Positions 37,524 through 48,099 of a DNA stretch of 64,000 nt are shown piece by piece. Positions within the stretch are counted from its first letter, which is position 1; each line of letters starts with the position of its first letter. Under the pieces are notes generated by a model. The model saw only the letters and a list, made by a program, of their open reading frames with translations, did not search any database and was not told the DNA's origin. The stretch spans positions 1,189,577 to 1,253,576 of the forward strand of contig CBDBZO010000002.1 in the NCBI GenBank assembly GCA_965213595.1, in the 5' to 3' direction. The DNA comes from Caldilineaceae bacterium (GTDB lineage Bacteria; Chloroflexota; Anaerolineae; Caldilineales; Caldilineaceae). A program made the position numbers and the translations under genes.

Positions 37524-38340
37524 TGGCTGAATGGGTATATGTCGTATTGGCGATGGGCCATTTCTGCTGGAATACGGTTGGGTGCGGTGCGCCTCGCGGA
37601 ACCAGTATCAAGTGGGGCTCGCCATTGCCCCAGGGCAGGTGCGCTGACGTAATGCGGTTGTCCAAAGGGACATCAAAGTAGAAAAGATAGGGCGCAATCC
37701 ACTCGATATACTCCGCAGCATCAACATCAGATGCTGTCTCAATTTGAAGCTGATCCGGCTGACGAGCAATGGCGCGTTGAAATTCCACCGCGTTTAGCGG
37801 CTGGGCATCCAAAAACGGTGTTGCATCCCACTGCCCATCGACCAATATCCATTGTTGCCGCTTAGGCAAATATGCTTCTGCCACCACATAGCCCGCGCCC
37901 GTCTCGCGCGTTTCGCAATCCTCAGTTTTTAGCGCGAGAAACCGCGTCGGAATTCCCAGCGCCGTCAGCGCGCCCACGATCACAATCGAGTATTCCACAC
38001 AGCGGAAATTTGCCCCTGCCTTGGCTTCGCGCAGAATGGTCAGCGGGTCGTTTTGGCTCGGCTCGTTCCATCCGTCATGCGTCCACAGATTGTGCGCCCA
38101 GGTTCGTACGGCGCGCACGGTTTTGTACTCGTTGTCAACCGATCCAATCAGCCTATCCAACTCGTGCTCGCTTCGCAACTGCTGCAAGTAGGGTTCGTTG
38201 GCTTGGCTCCACTGAAACGTGTACTTGTTTCCGGTAGACTCTTGGGTGAACTTTAGTGGTTTTACTGATGGTTGAGACACTTCGACTGCTTTCTTACATT
38301 TCACACCGCCTCGCGTGTAGTTGGAGGGCGCGCCCTCCAA
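37486..38340 (-). CDS. transglutaminase-like (papain-fold) domain protein, catalytic His apparently replaced
   Basis: ANFRCVEYSIVIVGALTALGIPTRFL...GAGYVVAEAYLPKRQQWILVDGQWD. The Cys and Asp positions fit the transglutaminase-core pattern, but Tyr sits where His is expected. Intermediate GC (29/60 at 37681-37740). The exact start is uncertain. Confidence 0.55.
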   Translation of the reverse strand: MEGAPSNYTRGGVKCKKAVEVSQPSVKPLKFTQESTGNKYTFQWSQANEPYLQQLRSEHELDRLIGSVDNEYKTVRAVRTWAHNLWTHDGWNEPSQNDPLTILREAKAGANFRCVEYSIVIVGALTALGIPTRFLALKTEDCETRETGAGYVVAEAYLPKRQQWILVDGQWDATPFLDAQPLNAVEFQRAIARQPDQLQIETASDVDAAEYIEWIAPYLFYFDVPLDNRITSAHLPWGNGEPHLILVPRGAPHPTVFQQKWPIANTTYTHSASEFYPKPLAFNL

Positions 38341-38379
38341 CTACACGCGAGCACAAACGGTTCGCTGCATAAACACCAG

Positions 38380-39420
38380 TCACTCCGTCTCGTACACCTG
38401 ACCCTCAGCCGCTGGTGGCCTAACCCGCCCCACCAATCCCGCAACGGCGACAATCGTCACCACATACGGAATCATGGCGACGAACTGCCTGGGCAGCAGC
38501 GTGACGCCGGCGAGCAGCAGTTCGTTTTGCAGCGCCTGGGTGTAGCCAAAGAGCAGCGCCGCGCCCAGCGCGCCAAAGGGGTTCCAGTTGCCAAAAATCA
38601 TGGCGGCCAGCGAGATAAAGCCGCGTCCCGCCGTCATCCCCTCCTGAAACTGGCCGACGGCTTCGAGCACGAGAAAGCCGCCGCCCAGCCCGGCCAGCGC
38701 GCCGCCAATCGTGGTGTTGACGTAGCGGTAGCGGTTGACGTTGATGCCGACGGTGTCCGCCGCCGAGGGGTGCTCGCCGACGGCGCGCGTGCGCAGCCCC
38801 CAGCGCGTGTAGAAGAGCGCGATGTGGACGACGACGACCAGAAGCAGCGCGGTGTAGGTTAGCGGCGGGTTGTTGAAGAGTACGTCGCCAATCACGGGGA
38901 TTTGGCCCAGCAGCGGAATCTCGACGGGGATAAAGCGGCCCGTGGCCACGGCGTCGCGGTCGAAGAGGTAGGCGGTGATGCCCGTGGCGAGGATAATGAT
39001 GACCGTGCCGGAGATGATCTGGTCCATGCGGAAGCGGATCGAGAGCACGGCGTGGAGCAGCCCCATGGCCCCGCCAATCAGCAGCGCTGCCAGCACACCG
39101 ACACCCAGGCTGGCGTAGAGCGCCCACTCGTTGGTTGCTACTTTGGCAACAAAGGCGGCAAACGCGCCCGCCAGCATCATCCCCTCGATGCCAATGTTGA
39201 TGATGCCCGATCGTTCGCACAGAATGCCGCTCAGCGCGCCCAAAATCAGCGGCACGGCGGCGCGCAGCATAAAGTTGAGCGCGCTCACGCCAAAGAGCAC
39301 GCGCAGCGCCGTCACCTGCCGCAGGTCGGTGGCGTTGACGAGAATCGCCATCACCAAAACGGCGATGGTGAAAGCAATGGCGAGAATCGAGGAGGTTTTC
39401 CAAATTCGCAAATTACGCAT
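38380..39420 (-). CDS. ABC transporter permease (BMP-type, second permease)
   Basis: Multi-TM text, ...ILCERSGIINIGIEGMMLAGAF.... Start trimmed to ATG 39420 (MRNLRIWK...) because the ORF-track extension to 39567 crosses repeat sequence. Confidence 0.85.
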   Translation of the reverse strand: MRNLRIWKTSSILAIAFTIAVLVMAILVNATDLRQVTALRVLFGVSALNFMLRAAVPLILGALSGILCERSGIINIGIEGMMLAGAFAAFVAKVATNEWALYASLGVGVLAALLIGGAMGLLHAVLSIRFRMDQIISGTVIIILATGITAYLFDRDAVATGRFIPVEIPLLGQIPVIGDVLFNNPPLTYTALLLVVVVHIALFYTRWGLRTRAVGEHPSAADTVGINVNRYRYVNTTIGGALAGLGGGFLVLEAVGQFQEGMTAGRGFISLAAMIFGNWNPFGALGAALLFGYTQALQNELLLAGVTLLPRQFVAMIPYVVTIVAVAGLVGRVRPPAAEGQVYETE

Positions 39421-39547
39421 AGAATTCACCTTTTCAACGCGGAGAGCGCGGAGAAGGCGCGGAGGGCCGCAGAGTTTGAGAGAAATGGTATTTAACGAAC
39501 CAATCGTAAATCGCAAATCCAAAATCACCCCCCGCCCCAGCCGCTGC

Positions 39548-39928
39548 TCAAATTGGTTTGCTTCCATGCTCGCACTTGTTCTTCAACTTTTTGAGAGCTT
39601 GGTCGATTTCGTCCTCGCGGATGCGCAGGCGGAAGAGCCAGCGAATGATGGCGGGCGCGGCCACAAAGGTGAGCACCAGCGCTTGGATCACCTGGATGAT
39701 GTCGGCGGCGACGCCCGAATCAAATGTAGCAATTAAGATGCATTCGCGCCGCGCCCGCGTCCAGCGCGCCGAGATCACCTGGATGATGTCGGCGGCGACG
39801 CCCGAATCAAACTGCATTCGCGCCGCGCCCGCGTCCAGCGCGCCCAGGAGAAACGAGGATGATGCCGAGCGGGTTGGTTTGCCCCAGCAGCGCCACGGTG
39901 ATGCCGTCGAAGCCAACGCCGCCGCCAA
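39548..39928 (-). CDS. C-terminal fragment of the first BMP-type ABC permease (other frame), containing a 29-codon duplication-insertion
   Basis: ...FLLGALDAGAARMQFDSGVAADIIQVI[SARWTRARRECILIATFDSGVAADIIQVI]QALVLTFVAAPAIIRWLFRLR. Confidence 0.7.
   Translation of the reverse strand: MAAALASTASPWRCWGKPTRSASSSFLLGALDAGAARMQFDSGVAADIIQVISARWTRARRECILIATFDSGVAADIIQVIQALVLTFVAAPAIIRWLFRLRIREDEIDQALKKLKNKCEHGSKPI
39725..39811. repeat. 87-nt in-frame partial tandem duplication inside the permease gene
   Basis: X=gatcacctggatgatgtcggcggcgacgcccgaatcaaa occurs at 39686-39724 and 39773-39811. Y=cattcgcgccgcgcccgcgtccagcgcgcc occurs at 39741-39770 and 39815-39844. A 16-nt AT-rich filler tgtagcaattaagatg lies at 39725-39740. 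Confidence 0.9.
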
Positions 39929-40781
39929 ATTCGGGGGCGAAGCGGTGGATCAGCCCCAGCGTCTCGATCGCGCCCGCCAAGCCCGCCAGCGCGCCCGCGA
40001 TCGACATCGTCAGAATAATCGTCCAGTTGACGCGAATCCCCGCGTAGCGCGCAGCCTTCACGTTCTGACCGACCGTGCGAATCTCAAAGCCCAACGTCGT
40101 CTTATAAATCAGCCACCAGACGAAGACCGCCACCAGAATCGCCAGCGGAATACCCCAGTGGACGTTGTAGGGTCGGTCGAAGATAAAGGGGATGCGTGCG
40201 CTCATCAGCACGTCCGGCGTTTCGGAAATGGCGCCGGAGGTCGGGTCGCGCAGGGGGCCATCGGTCGAGACCGTCCAGCCCACAAAGTTGGCCGCAACAT
40301 AGTTGAGCATGATCGTGGTGATCACCTCGTGCGCACCGGTATAGGCCTTGAGCGCGCCCGGAATTGCGCCCCAAATCAGCCCGCCGCCGATTCCCGCTAG
40401 CATGGCCAGCGGCAGGTGAACAAAAACGGGCAGGTCGGGAAAGTTGATGCCAACTGCCACGGCAGAAATGGCGCCCATCAGATATTGGCCCGCCGCGCCA
40501 ATGTTAAACAATCCTGCCTTAAACGCCACGGCCACGGACAAGCCCGTCAGCAGCAGCGGCGTCAGGTTGCGCGCCACCGTCGACCACGCGCGGGCGCTGC
40601 CAAACGCGCCCAGAAACAGCCCCTCGTACGCAGCCAGCACGTCGTCGCCCGCCAGCACTATCACCAGCGCGCCGACGACGAGCGCCGTCAACAGCGCCAG
40701 GCCGGGGATGATCAGCGGGCGCAGGATCGCGCCGGGGGTGAAGGCGGAAGAGGCGGTCGGGGTGGCGGCGGAGGCGGTCAT
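39807..40781 (-). CDS. ABC transporter permease (BMP-type, first permease), N-terminal 324-aa fragment ending in an out-of-frame tail
   Basis: Multi-TM text, ...FGGGVGFDGITVALLGQTNPLGIIL, then nonsense VSPGRAGRGRGANAV*. The family pattern continues in the frame of 39548..39928. Confidence 0.85.
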   Translation of the reverse strand: MTASAATPTASSAFTPGAILRPLIIPGLALLTALVVGALVIVLAGDDVLAAYEGLFLGAFGSARAWSTVARNLTPLLLTGLSVAVAFKAGLFNIGAAGQYLMGAISAVAVGINFPDLPVFVHLPLAMLAGIGGGLIWGAIPGALKAYTGAHEVITTIMLNYVAANFVGWTVSTDGPLRDPTSGAISETPDVLMSARIPFIFDRPYNVHWGIPLAILVAVFVWWLIYKTTLGFEIRTVGQNVKAARYAGIRVNWTIILTMSIAGALAGLAGAIETLGLIHRFAPEFGGGVGFDGITVALLGQTNPLGIILVSPGRAGRGRGANAV

Positions 40782-40929
40782 GTTTTGTAAGACGAAGCGC
40801 TGCTTCGTCCCCGCTTAATTAACAAAGATTGAGCGAAAATTACCGGACGTGAAGCAGCACTTCGCGCTACACGTAAAATTGGGAGACACGTTTGTGTCTC
40901 CCAATGTGTTCAACCAACAATGCCAACGA

Positions 40930-42024
40930 CTAGCCGCCTGGGTTGTAGCCCGTCTCGATGCTGCCGTCCTCCAGCCCCGCCGCAATCTCCTCCAGCTGCG
41001 TCTTGACCTCTTCGGGAACCGTCTCCTCGAAGTCGTGGAAGGGGGCTAAGTCTGAGCCGCCGAAGTAGTTGCCGGTGGCCGGCTCGCCGTCGGCGTAGAG
41101 CGTCACGAGATCGACCACGCCGGGGGTGATCAGCTTCATGGCGCTGGAGACGAGGCAGGGGTGCGCCGCTTCAAGCAGCAGCCACTGGTCGGTGTCCACG
41201 CCGATGCAGTAGACCGTGGCGCCGGATTCTGCCTCGGCGGCGACCTCCTGCAGCGCGCCGTTGCCCGTGTTGCCACCTGCGCCAAAGATAATGTCCGCCC
41301 CCTGATCCAGCGCCTGGCGGGCCGTGGCCGCGCCCCATTCGGGGTCGGTAAAGGCCACGCTGATGTCGCCCGGATGGTAGGTGGAAATGATGTCGATATC
41401 GGGGTTGATGTAGCGCGCGCCTGCTTCGTACCCTTCGTTAAAGGCCACCACCGGCGGCACCGAATCCGTGCCCAATACGGCACCAATCGTGCCCGATTCG
41501 GTCAGGTTGGCGGCCAGCGCCCCTGCCAGGAAGCCGGAGCGATCCTCGTTGAAGACGAGGCCCACCACGTTATCCATCGGCTCACCCTGGAACTGGTCGA
41601 CGCCAATAAAGTAGATATCGGGGTTTTCGGCGGCGGCGGTCGCCGTGGCCTCGCCCAGGCCAAAGCCGACGGTGACGATCACGTTGTAGCCCGCATCGAC
41701 AAACTGCTGGATATTGTCGCCGTAGTCCGTCGGGGCCTGCGTCTCGATAAAGCGGATGTCGTCCTCGGCGACGCCCAGCTGCTCGGCGGCGGCCTCCACG
41801 CCTTCCCAGGCGGACTGGTTAAAGCTGCGGTCGTTGACGCGGCCCACGTCCGTGACGAGGCCGATCTGGAGATCGGCGGCGGGGGCGTCGGCGGTCGTGG
41901 CGTCGGACTCCGCATCGACGGCGGGCGCGTCGCCCGTGGGCTCGGTGACGGGCGTGCAGGCGGCGGCCAGCAGCGCCAGCAGAGCGAGCACGCTCAGGCA
42001 GAGCGCAAATCGTTTGTTTTGCAT
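40930..42024 (-). CDS. BMP-family ABC transporter substrate-binding lipoprotein
   Basis: Lipobox LLAAAC, IGLVTDVGRVNDRSFNQSAWEGV...YNVIVTVGFGL...FIGVD. Confidence 0.9.
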   Translation of the reverse strand: MQNKRFALCLSVLALLALLAAACTPVTEPTGDAPAVDAESDATTADAPAADLQIGLVTDVGRVNDRSFNQSAWEGVEAAAEQLGVAEDDIRFIETQAPTDYGDNIQQFVDAGYNVIVTVGFGLGEATATAAAENPDIYFIGVDQFQGEPMDNVVGLVFNEDRSGFLAGALAANLTESGTIGAVLGTDSVPPVVAFNEGYEAGARYINPDIDIISTYHPGDISVAFTDPEWGAATARQALDQGADIIFGAGGNTGNGALQEVAAEAESGATVYCIGVDTDQWLLLEAAHPCLVSSAMKLITPGVVDLVTLYADGEPATGNYFGGSDLAPFHDFEETVPEEVKTQLEEIAAGLEDGSIETGYNPGG

Positions 42025-42609
42025 GGGGGGTGTTCTCCTTTAAGATTGAATTGTCTAAAAAATTTATGTGAGCGCGTTTGTGCCGCTGCCTCGACGGTGG
42101 GGCAGCCGGGATGTAGGGAGGCCGTGCGGCCAGCCGCTGGGTCGATAATAACCCAGCCAGGGTCGGTTCGGTGCAAAGCTGACAGAGGTGCGGGGCGTCA
42201 GCTTGTACCCTGTAGGGGCATTATACAGAAGAAATGCTTAATTCCAAAGCACAGCCGATCTCAACGCGATTTTGCGAATTCTCAGTGCAGAGGGCGCGCA
42301 GCGCAGAGGGCGCGCAGCGCAGCGAGTGGGCATTGCGTAGTGATGCGCTCAGCCGCTCCCTCGGTCTGTTTATGTCCTCTTTGGTTATCCTGAGATGTGG
42401 GAAGGGTCGAGCTTGTCACGTAGCGAAGCACACGTGACCTACCGTTTTCAGTCACTTTGTAGACCCATCATCGGTCACGAGATGTGACAATTACAGCCTG
42501 GACGTTGGTCGCCTAAGTCTGCCTGGCCTTGGGCCGTGACGGTCACTGTCACAGCGACTCTACGTACCCAATCTTTATTTATCAATCTTCACCCTTCCGG
42601 AGGAAACCC

Positions 42610-43602
42610 ATGGCAACCGCCACCCAACGCATCTCTCTCGGCGTGCGACGCGCCCTGCAGCAGTGTTCGCTGCCCAACCACACCTTTTCCATGCTCGCGC
42701 TCGACCAGCGCGGCAGTCTGATCAAAATGCTGGGCGCGGCCACGAACACGGCGGGGGACGACGTGCCCTACAGCACCGTGACCGGCTTCAAGCGCGAGGC
42801 CATCGACATTCTTTCGCCGCTGGCCAGCGCCGTGCTGCTCGATCCGGAGTGGGGCTACCCAACCTGCGTTGCGTCCGGCGCGCTCAACGGCAGCAGCGGG
42901 CTGCTGATGTCCTACGAAAAGAGCGGCTACGAAGGCGACCCCACCGAGCGGCGCACGGCGCTGATGAACGATTGGAGCGTCGAGCAGATGCAGCGCGCCG
43001 GGGCCAGCGGCGTCAAGCTGCTGGTTTACTACCGACCCGATGCGGACAACGCCAAAGATCAGGAGGAGTTGGTACAAGAAGTGGCGGACGAATGTAAGAA
43101 GTGGGACATGCCGCTCTTCCTGGAGCCGCTACACTACTCGACAAATCCCAACGTCAGCAAGGTGGAGAACGCCGAGCGCCGCGAAATTGTGGTCGAATCG
43201 GCCAAACGGCTGGTCCCGCTGGGCGTCACCATTCTCAAGGCCGAATTCCCCGTCGACATTACGCAGACGGACGACGAGGCCGTGTGGGCTGAATCCTGCC
43301 AGGAGCTGAGCGAGGCCATCGACGTGCCCTGGGTGCTGCTCAGCGCGGGCGTGGATTACGATTTGTACGAGCGCCAGGTGCGCGTCGCCTGCGACAACGG
43401 CGCCAGCGGCATCCTCTGCGGTCGCGCCGTGTGGAAGGAATCGGTCGACTTACAGGACACCAAGCGCACGGACTTTATCCAAAACACCTCCACCCAACGC
43501 TTCCGCACTCTGGCGCAGATGGTCGAGCAAAACGCTCGCCCGTGGACGGACTTTTACCCGGCGGACAGCGGGGATGACCTCGAAGACTGGTATAAAAGCT
43601 AA
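42610..43602 (+). CDS. tagatose-1,6-bisphosphate aldolase-like class I aldolase (LacD/YihT family)
   Basis: FSMLALDQRGSLIKML...AVLLDPEWGYP...GVKLLVYYRPD...LFLEPL...ILKAEFP...VLLSAGV. Start at ATG 42610 after SD ggagga. Confidence 0.75.
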   Translation: MATATQRISLGVRRALQQCSLPNHTFSMLALDQRGSLIKMLGAATNTAGDDVPYSTVTGFKREAIDILSPLASAVLLDPEWGYPTCVASGALNGSSGLLMSYEKSGYEGDPTERRTALMNDWSVEQMQRAGASGVKLLVYYRPDADNAKDQEELVQEVADECKKWDMPLFLEPLHYSTNPNVSKVENAERREIVVESAKRLVPLGVTILKAEFPVDITQTDDEAVWAESCQELSEAIDVPWVLLSAGVDYDLYERQVRVACDNGASGILCGRAVWKESVDLQDTKRTDFIQNTSTQRFRTLAQMVEQNARPWTDFYPADSGDDLEDWYKS

Positions 43603-43610
43603 AAGAGTTA

Positions 43611-43701
43611 CACAGAGATTCACAGAGGGGGCACAGAGATTCACAGAGAGAAGAATGAGAAACCCTCTGTGAATCTCTGTGCCCCCTCTGTGCGCTCTGT
43701 G
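43611..43701. repeat. hairpin of cacagag(a/g)-type units
   Basis: cacagagattcacagagggggcacagagattcacagag ... ctctgtgaatctctgtgccccctctgtgcgctctgtg. Confidence 0.8.
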
Positions 43702-43715
43702 TCCCAAATTTGAAC

Positions 43716-44834
<1,119 letters not shown>

Positions 44835-44977
44835 AAACGTTTGTGTAGGAACGTTGTATAGAAGTATAGAAATGTTGTATAGGAACGTTGCGTAGTGCTT
44901 TAAGGTATCCTTTCCTCCACCTTCCCCCTGTGCTATAATTTGCTCGTTCCTCATTTTCAACCCACTGGAGTTTTTTA

Positions 44978-45736
44978 ATGCAGTTAACCCACGCCCAAAA
45001 GCAACATTTTGTCGAGCAGGGCTTTGTGCAAGTACCGGGCGTTGTCCCGCCAGCCATGGTGGCTCGCGCGCTCAAGGCGATCAACCATTGCGTTGGCGAG
45101 GGCATGGACCCGGAGCAGATGCCATTTTTTCGCGCGCGCTCCTTCTGCCCAGAAGTACAAGATCAGCCGCCCATTGTCGACTTATTCTACAAAACGCCCG
45201 CGCTCTCGCTGGCAGAATCGGCGATTGGCGAAGGCCAAATCGAGCCCGTTCCCCACGGCCAAATCGCGCTGCGCTTCCCCACGCTCGACGACCCACCCGG
45301 CGAGCCCCACCCCCACATCGACGGCATGCACACGCCCACCAACGGCGTGCCCGAGGGCGAAATCTACAGCTTCACCATGCTGCTCGGCGTCATGCTCAGC
45401 GACGTGACCAGCGAGTACGCGGGCAACCTGACCGTCTGGCCCGGCACGCATTACAAGCACGAGGCATACTTCCGCGAGCGCGGCGCGCAGTCGCTGCTGG
45501 AGGGAATGCCAAAAGTCGAGATGCCGGAGCCACATCAGGTGCTTGCCCGCGCGGGCGACGTTGTGCTGGCGCACTACGAAACGGCCCACGGCATCACGCC
45601 CAACGCCTCGCCCCACCCGCGCTACGCCATTTACTTCCGCCTCAAGCGCAAGGGGCACAACGACGACAAGTGGAATATCCTGACCGACATCTGGCGCGAG
45701 TGGGACGGGCTGCGTGAGATTGTCGATTCGGGGTAA
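44978..45736 (+). CDS. phytanoyl-CoA dioxygenase (PhyH) family Fe(II)/2-oxoglutarate oxygenase
   Basis: FVEQGFVQVPGVV...HIDG...GNLTVWPGTH...GDVVLAHYETAHG...YFRL. Confidence 0.7.
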   Translation: MQLTHAQKQHFVEQGFVQVPGVVPPAMVARALKAINHCVGEGMDPEQMPFFRARSFCPEVQDQPPIVDLFYKTPALSLAESAIGEGQIEPVPHGQIALRFPTLDDPPGEPHPHIDGMHTPTNGVPEGEIYSFTMLLGVMLSDVTSEYAGNLTVWPGTHYKHEAYFRERGAQSLLEGMPKVEMPEPHQVLARAGDVVLAHYETAHGITPNASPHPRYAIYFRLKRKGHNDDKWNILTDIWREWDGLREIVDSG

Positions 45737-45963
45737 GTCGAGAAAATCAGCGCAAAGGCGCAAGGGAGTGGGTTCGTAGGTCACGTATGCTCGCTACGTG
45801 ACGTTCCACGTGTATCCAACCGCGGTGTTAGTGACCCATCAGCTCAAAGCGACCGAATCGGGGTAAACCGAGATGGTCACATTGCAGAGCAAATGTGACC
45901 TGCGGGAATTCCCCTTCGCGCCTTCGCGCCTTCGCGTTAAAAATCTTCAGTTAACGAAAAATT

Positions 45964-46737
45964 ATGGCGAATCAACTAAATGGAAAAGTCGCGCTGATCA
46001 CCGGCGCGGGCAGCGGCATTGGCGCGGCGACGGCGCGGCGCATGGTCGCCGAGGGGGCGCGCGTGGCGGTAACGGGCATCCCGGCAGATGGCGTCGAAGC
46101 CGTGGCGGCGGAGCTGGGCGACGCGGCGATTGCGATTCCGACCGACGTGTCGGACGGCGATCAGGTGCAGGCGGCGGTGAAGAAAACGGTTGACCAATGG
46201 GGGCGGCTCGACGTGCTCGTGCCCAACGCGGGCATCCAGCTCCACGACCGCGACCGCAATCTGCACCAGATGGACGACGATATTTGGGATCGCACGCACG
46301 ATGTTAATTACCGCGGCGTCTACCTCACCTGCAAGCACGGGCTGGCCCAATTTGTGGAGCAGGGAGCCGGTGGACAATCAGGCGGCGTCATCGTGATGGT
46401 GGTCTCGGTGACGGCCATGAACGGGCGTTCGGGCAACCCGGCCTACCTGAGCGGCAAGCACGGGCTAATCGGGCTGAACCGCTACATTGCCGTCCACTAC
46501 GCCGAGCACGGCATCCGCTGCAACGCGCTCTGCCCCGGCGCGCTCGAACGCACGCCCAACCACGACATTCACCCCGACGCCGCCGGGCGCGAGGCGCGGC
46601 TCACCGAACGCATCCCGCTCGGTCGCCTCGGCACGCCGGAGGACATGGCGCCGTTTATCACCTTCCTGGCCTCGGATGATGCGAGCTATGCAAATGGGGC
46701 GTACTTCATTGTCGACGGTGGATTGACGATTGCGTAG
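45964..46737 (+). CDS. SDR-family oxidoreductase
   Basis: KVALITGAGSGIGAATA...NAGI...YLSGKHG...PGAL. Confidence 0.9.
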   Translation: MANQLNGKVALITGAGSGIGAATARRMVAEGARVAVTGIPADGVEAVAAELGDAAIAIPTDVSDGDQVQAAVKKTVDQWGRLDVLVPNAGIQLHDRDRNLHQMDDDIWDRTHDVNYRGVYLTCKHGLAQFVEQGAGGQSGGVIVMVVSVTAMNGRSGNPAYLSGKHGLIGLNRYIAVHYAEHGIRCNALCPGALERTPNHDIHPDAAGREARLTERIPLGRLGTPEDMAPFITFLASDDASYANGAYFIVDGGLTIA

Positions 46738-46746
46738 GAATTTTTA

Positions 46747-46820
46747 GCCACGAATTGCACGAATTACACGAATGGAAGTTTGCGCAACCAAAAATTCGTG
46801 TAATTCGTGCAATTCGTGGC
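46747..46820. repeat. 27-bp perfect-stem hairpin of cgaattgca/cgaattaca units
   Basis: gccacgaattgcacgaattacacgaat (46747-46773) and its exact reverse complement (46794-46820). Confidence 0.9.
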
Positions 46821-46834
46821 CTATCTCTCTCCCT

Positions 46835-48022
46835 ATGAAAATCACTCACATCGAACCCTTTCTCATCGACGCGGGCTGGCGACCGTGGCTTTACGTCAAA
46901 GTCGAAACCGATGAGGGCATCACCGGCTGGGGCGAGTGCAGCGACACGCGCACGCCGCACGCCATTGTCGGCGCGATCCGCGACTTCGCGCCGCGGCTGA
47001 TCGGCAGCGATCCGCGCGCCTACGAGATGCGCTTCCAGGATATGCTGCGCCCCACGCGCCAAAGCATGGGCGGCGTCGCGGCCAAGGCGATGGCGGGCAT
47101 TGAACTGGCGCTGGTCGACATCAAAGCGCGGGCGCTCGGCATTTCGGTGGTGGAACTGTTTGGCGGGCCGACGCGCGACGACGTGCGCGTTTACTGGTCG
47201 CACTGCGGCACGACGCGCATCACCCACGGCGAGCAGCTCGGCCTGCCGCCGCTGCACTCGATGGACGACGTGGCGGCGCTGGGGCGCGAGGTGGTCGCGC
47301 GCGGCTTTACGGCGCTCAAGACCAACATTCTCTTCCCCGGCGATCCGGGGTCGATTCACTTCCACGGCTTTGGCGGCCCCGCGGGGACGACGGACCAAGT
47401 TGCCGACCGCGCGCTGCTGCGCCACATCGAGACGCTGATCGGCACGCTGCGCGACGCCGTCGGCCCCGATGTCGACATCAACCTCGACCTCAACTTCAAC
47501 TTCAAGACCGAAGCGTGCATTCGCATCGCCGAGGTGCTGGAGCCGTTTGACCTGCTCTGGCTCGAAATTGATTTGTACGATCCACAGGCCCTGCGCCAAA
47601 TCCGCGACGCCACGCGCACCAACATCTGCACGGGCGAGACCTTCTACTACGCGCGCCAATTTTTGCCCTACTTCCAGGCGCACTGTGCCGACGTCTTTAT
47701 GATCGACGTGCCCTGGAACGGCTTTGCGCCCTCCAAGAAAATCGGCGATTTGGCCGACTTGTTCAGCTACAACGTCTCGCCGCACAACTACTACAGCCAC
47801 CTCTCCAGCTTTATCAGCGCCAGCCTCTGTGCCGTCCTGCCCAACGTGCGCATCATGGAAATCGACATCGACGACGTGGCCTGGAAGGATGAGTTGGTCA
47901 CCAATGCACCAGAGATCGTCGACGGGCGCATGGCGATTCCGACGGGGCCGGGCTGGGGCACGGAGGTGGTCGAGGAAGTGGTGCGCGCGCACCCGTGGTC
48001 GGGTGGCGTGTCGGCGTGGTGA
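46835..48022 (+). CDS. enolase-superfamily enzyme (mandelate racemase/muconate lactonizing, D-galactonate-dehydratase-like)
   Basis: MKITHIEPFLIDAGWRPWLYVKVETDEGITGWGEC... Start trimmed from 46772 to ATG 46835, because the extension translates the hairpin repeat. Confidence 0.8.
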   Translation: MKITHIEPFLIDAGWRPWLYVKVETDEGITGWGECSDTRTPHAIVGAIRDFAPRLIGSDPRAYEMRFQDMLRPTRQSMGGVAAKAMAGIELALVDIKARALGISVVELFGGPTRDDVRVYWSHCGTTRITHGEQLGLPPLHSMDDVAALGREVVARGFTALKTNILFPGDPGSIHFHGFGGPAGTTDQVADRALLRHIETLIGTLRDAVGPDVDINLDLNFNFKTEACIRIAEVLEPFDLLWLEIDLYDPQALRQIRDATRTNICTGETFYYARQFLPYFQAHCADVFMIDVPWNGFAPSKKIGDLADLFSYNVSPHNYYSHLSSFISASLCAVLPNVRIMEIDIDDVAWKDELVTNAPEIVDGRMAIPTGPGWGTEVVEEVVRAHPWSGGVSAW

Positions 48023-48099
48023 GAATATAGCGGAGGGTTGACAGCGGTCGATTTGGCGGTAGAATGTGGGCAGTGTGCAAGAAATGAAGGGAGACCAAC

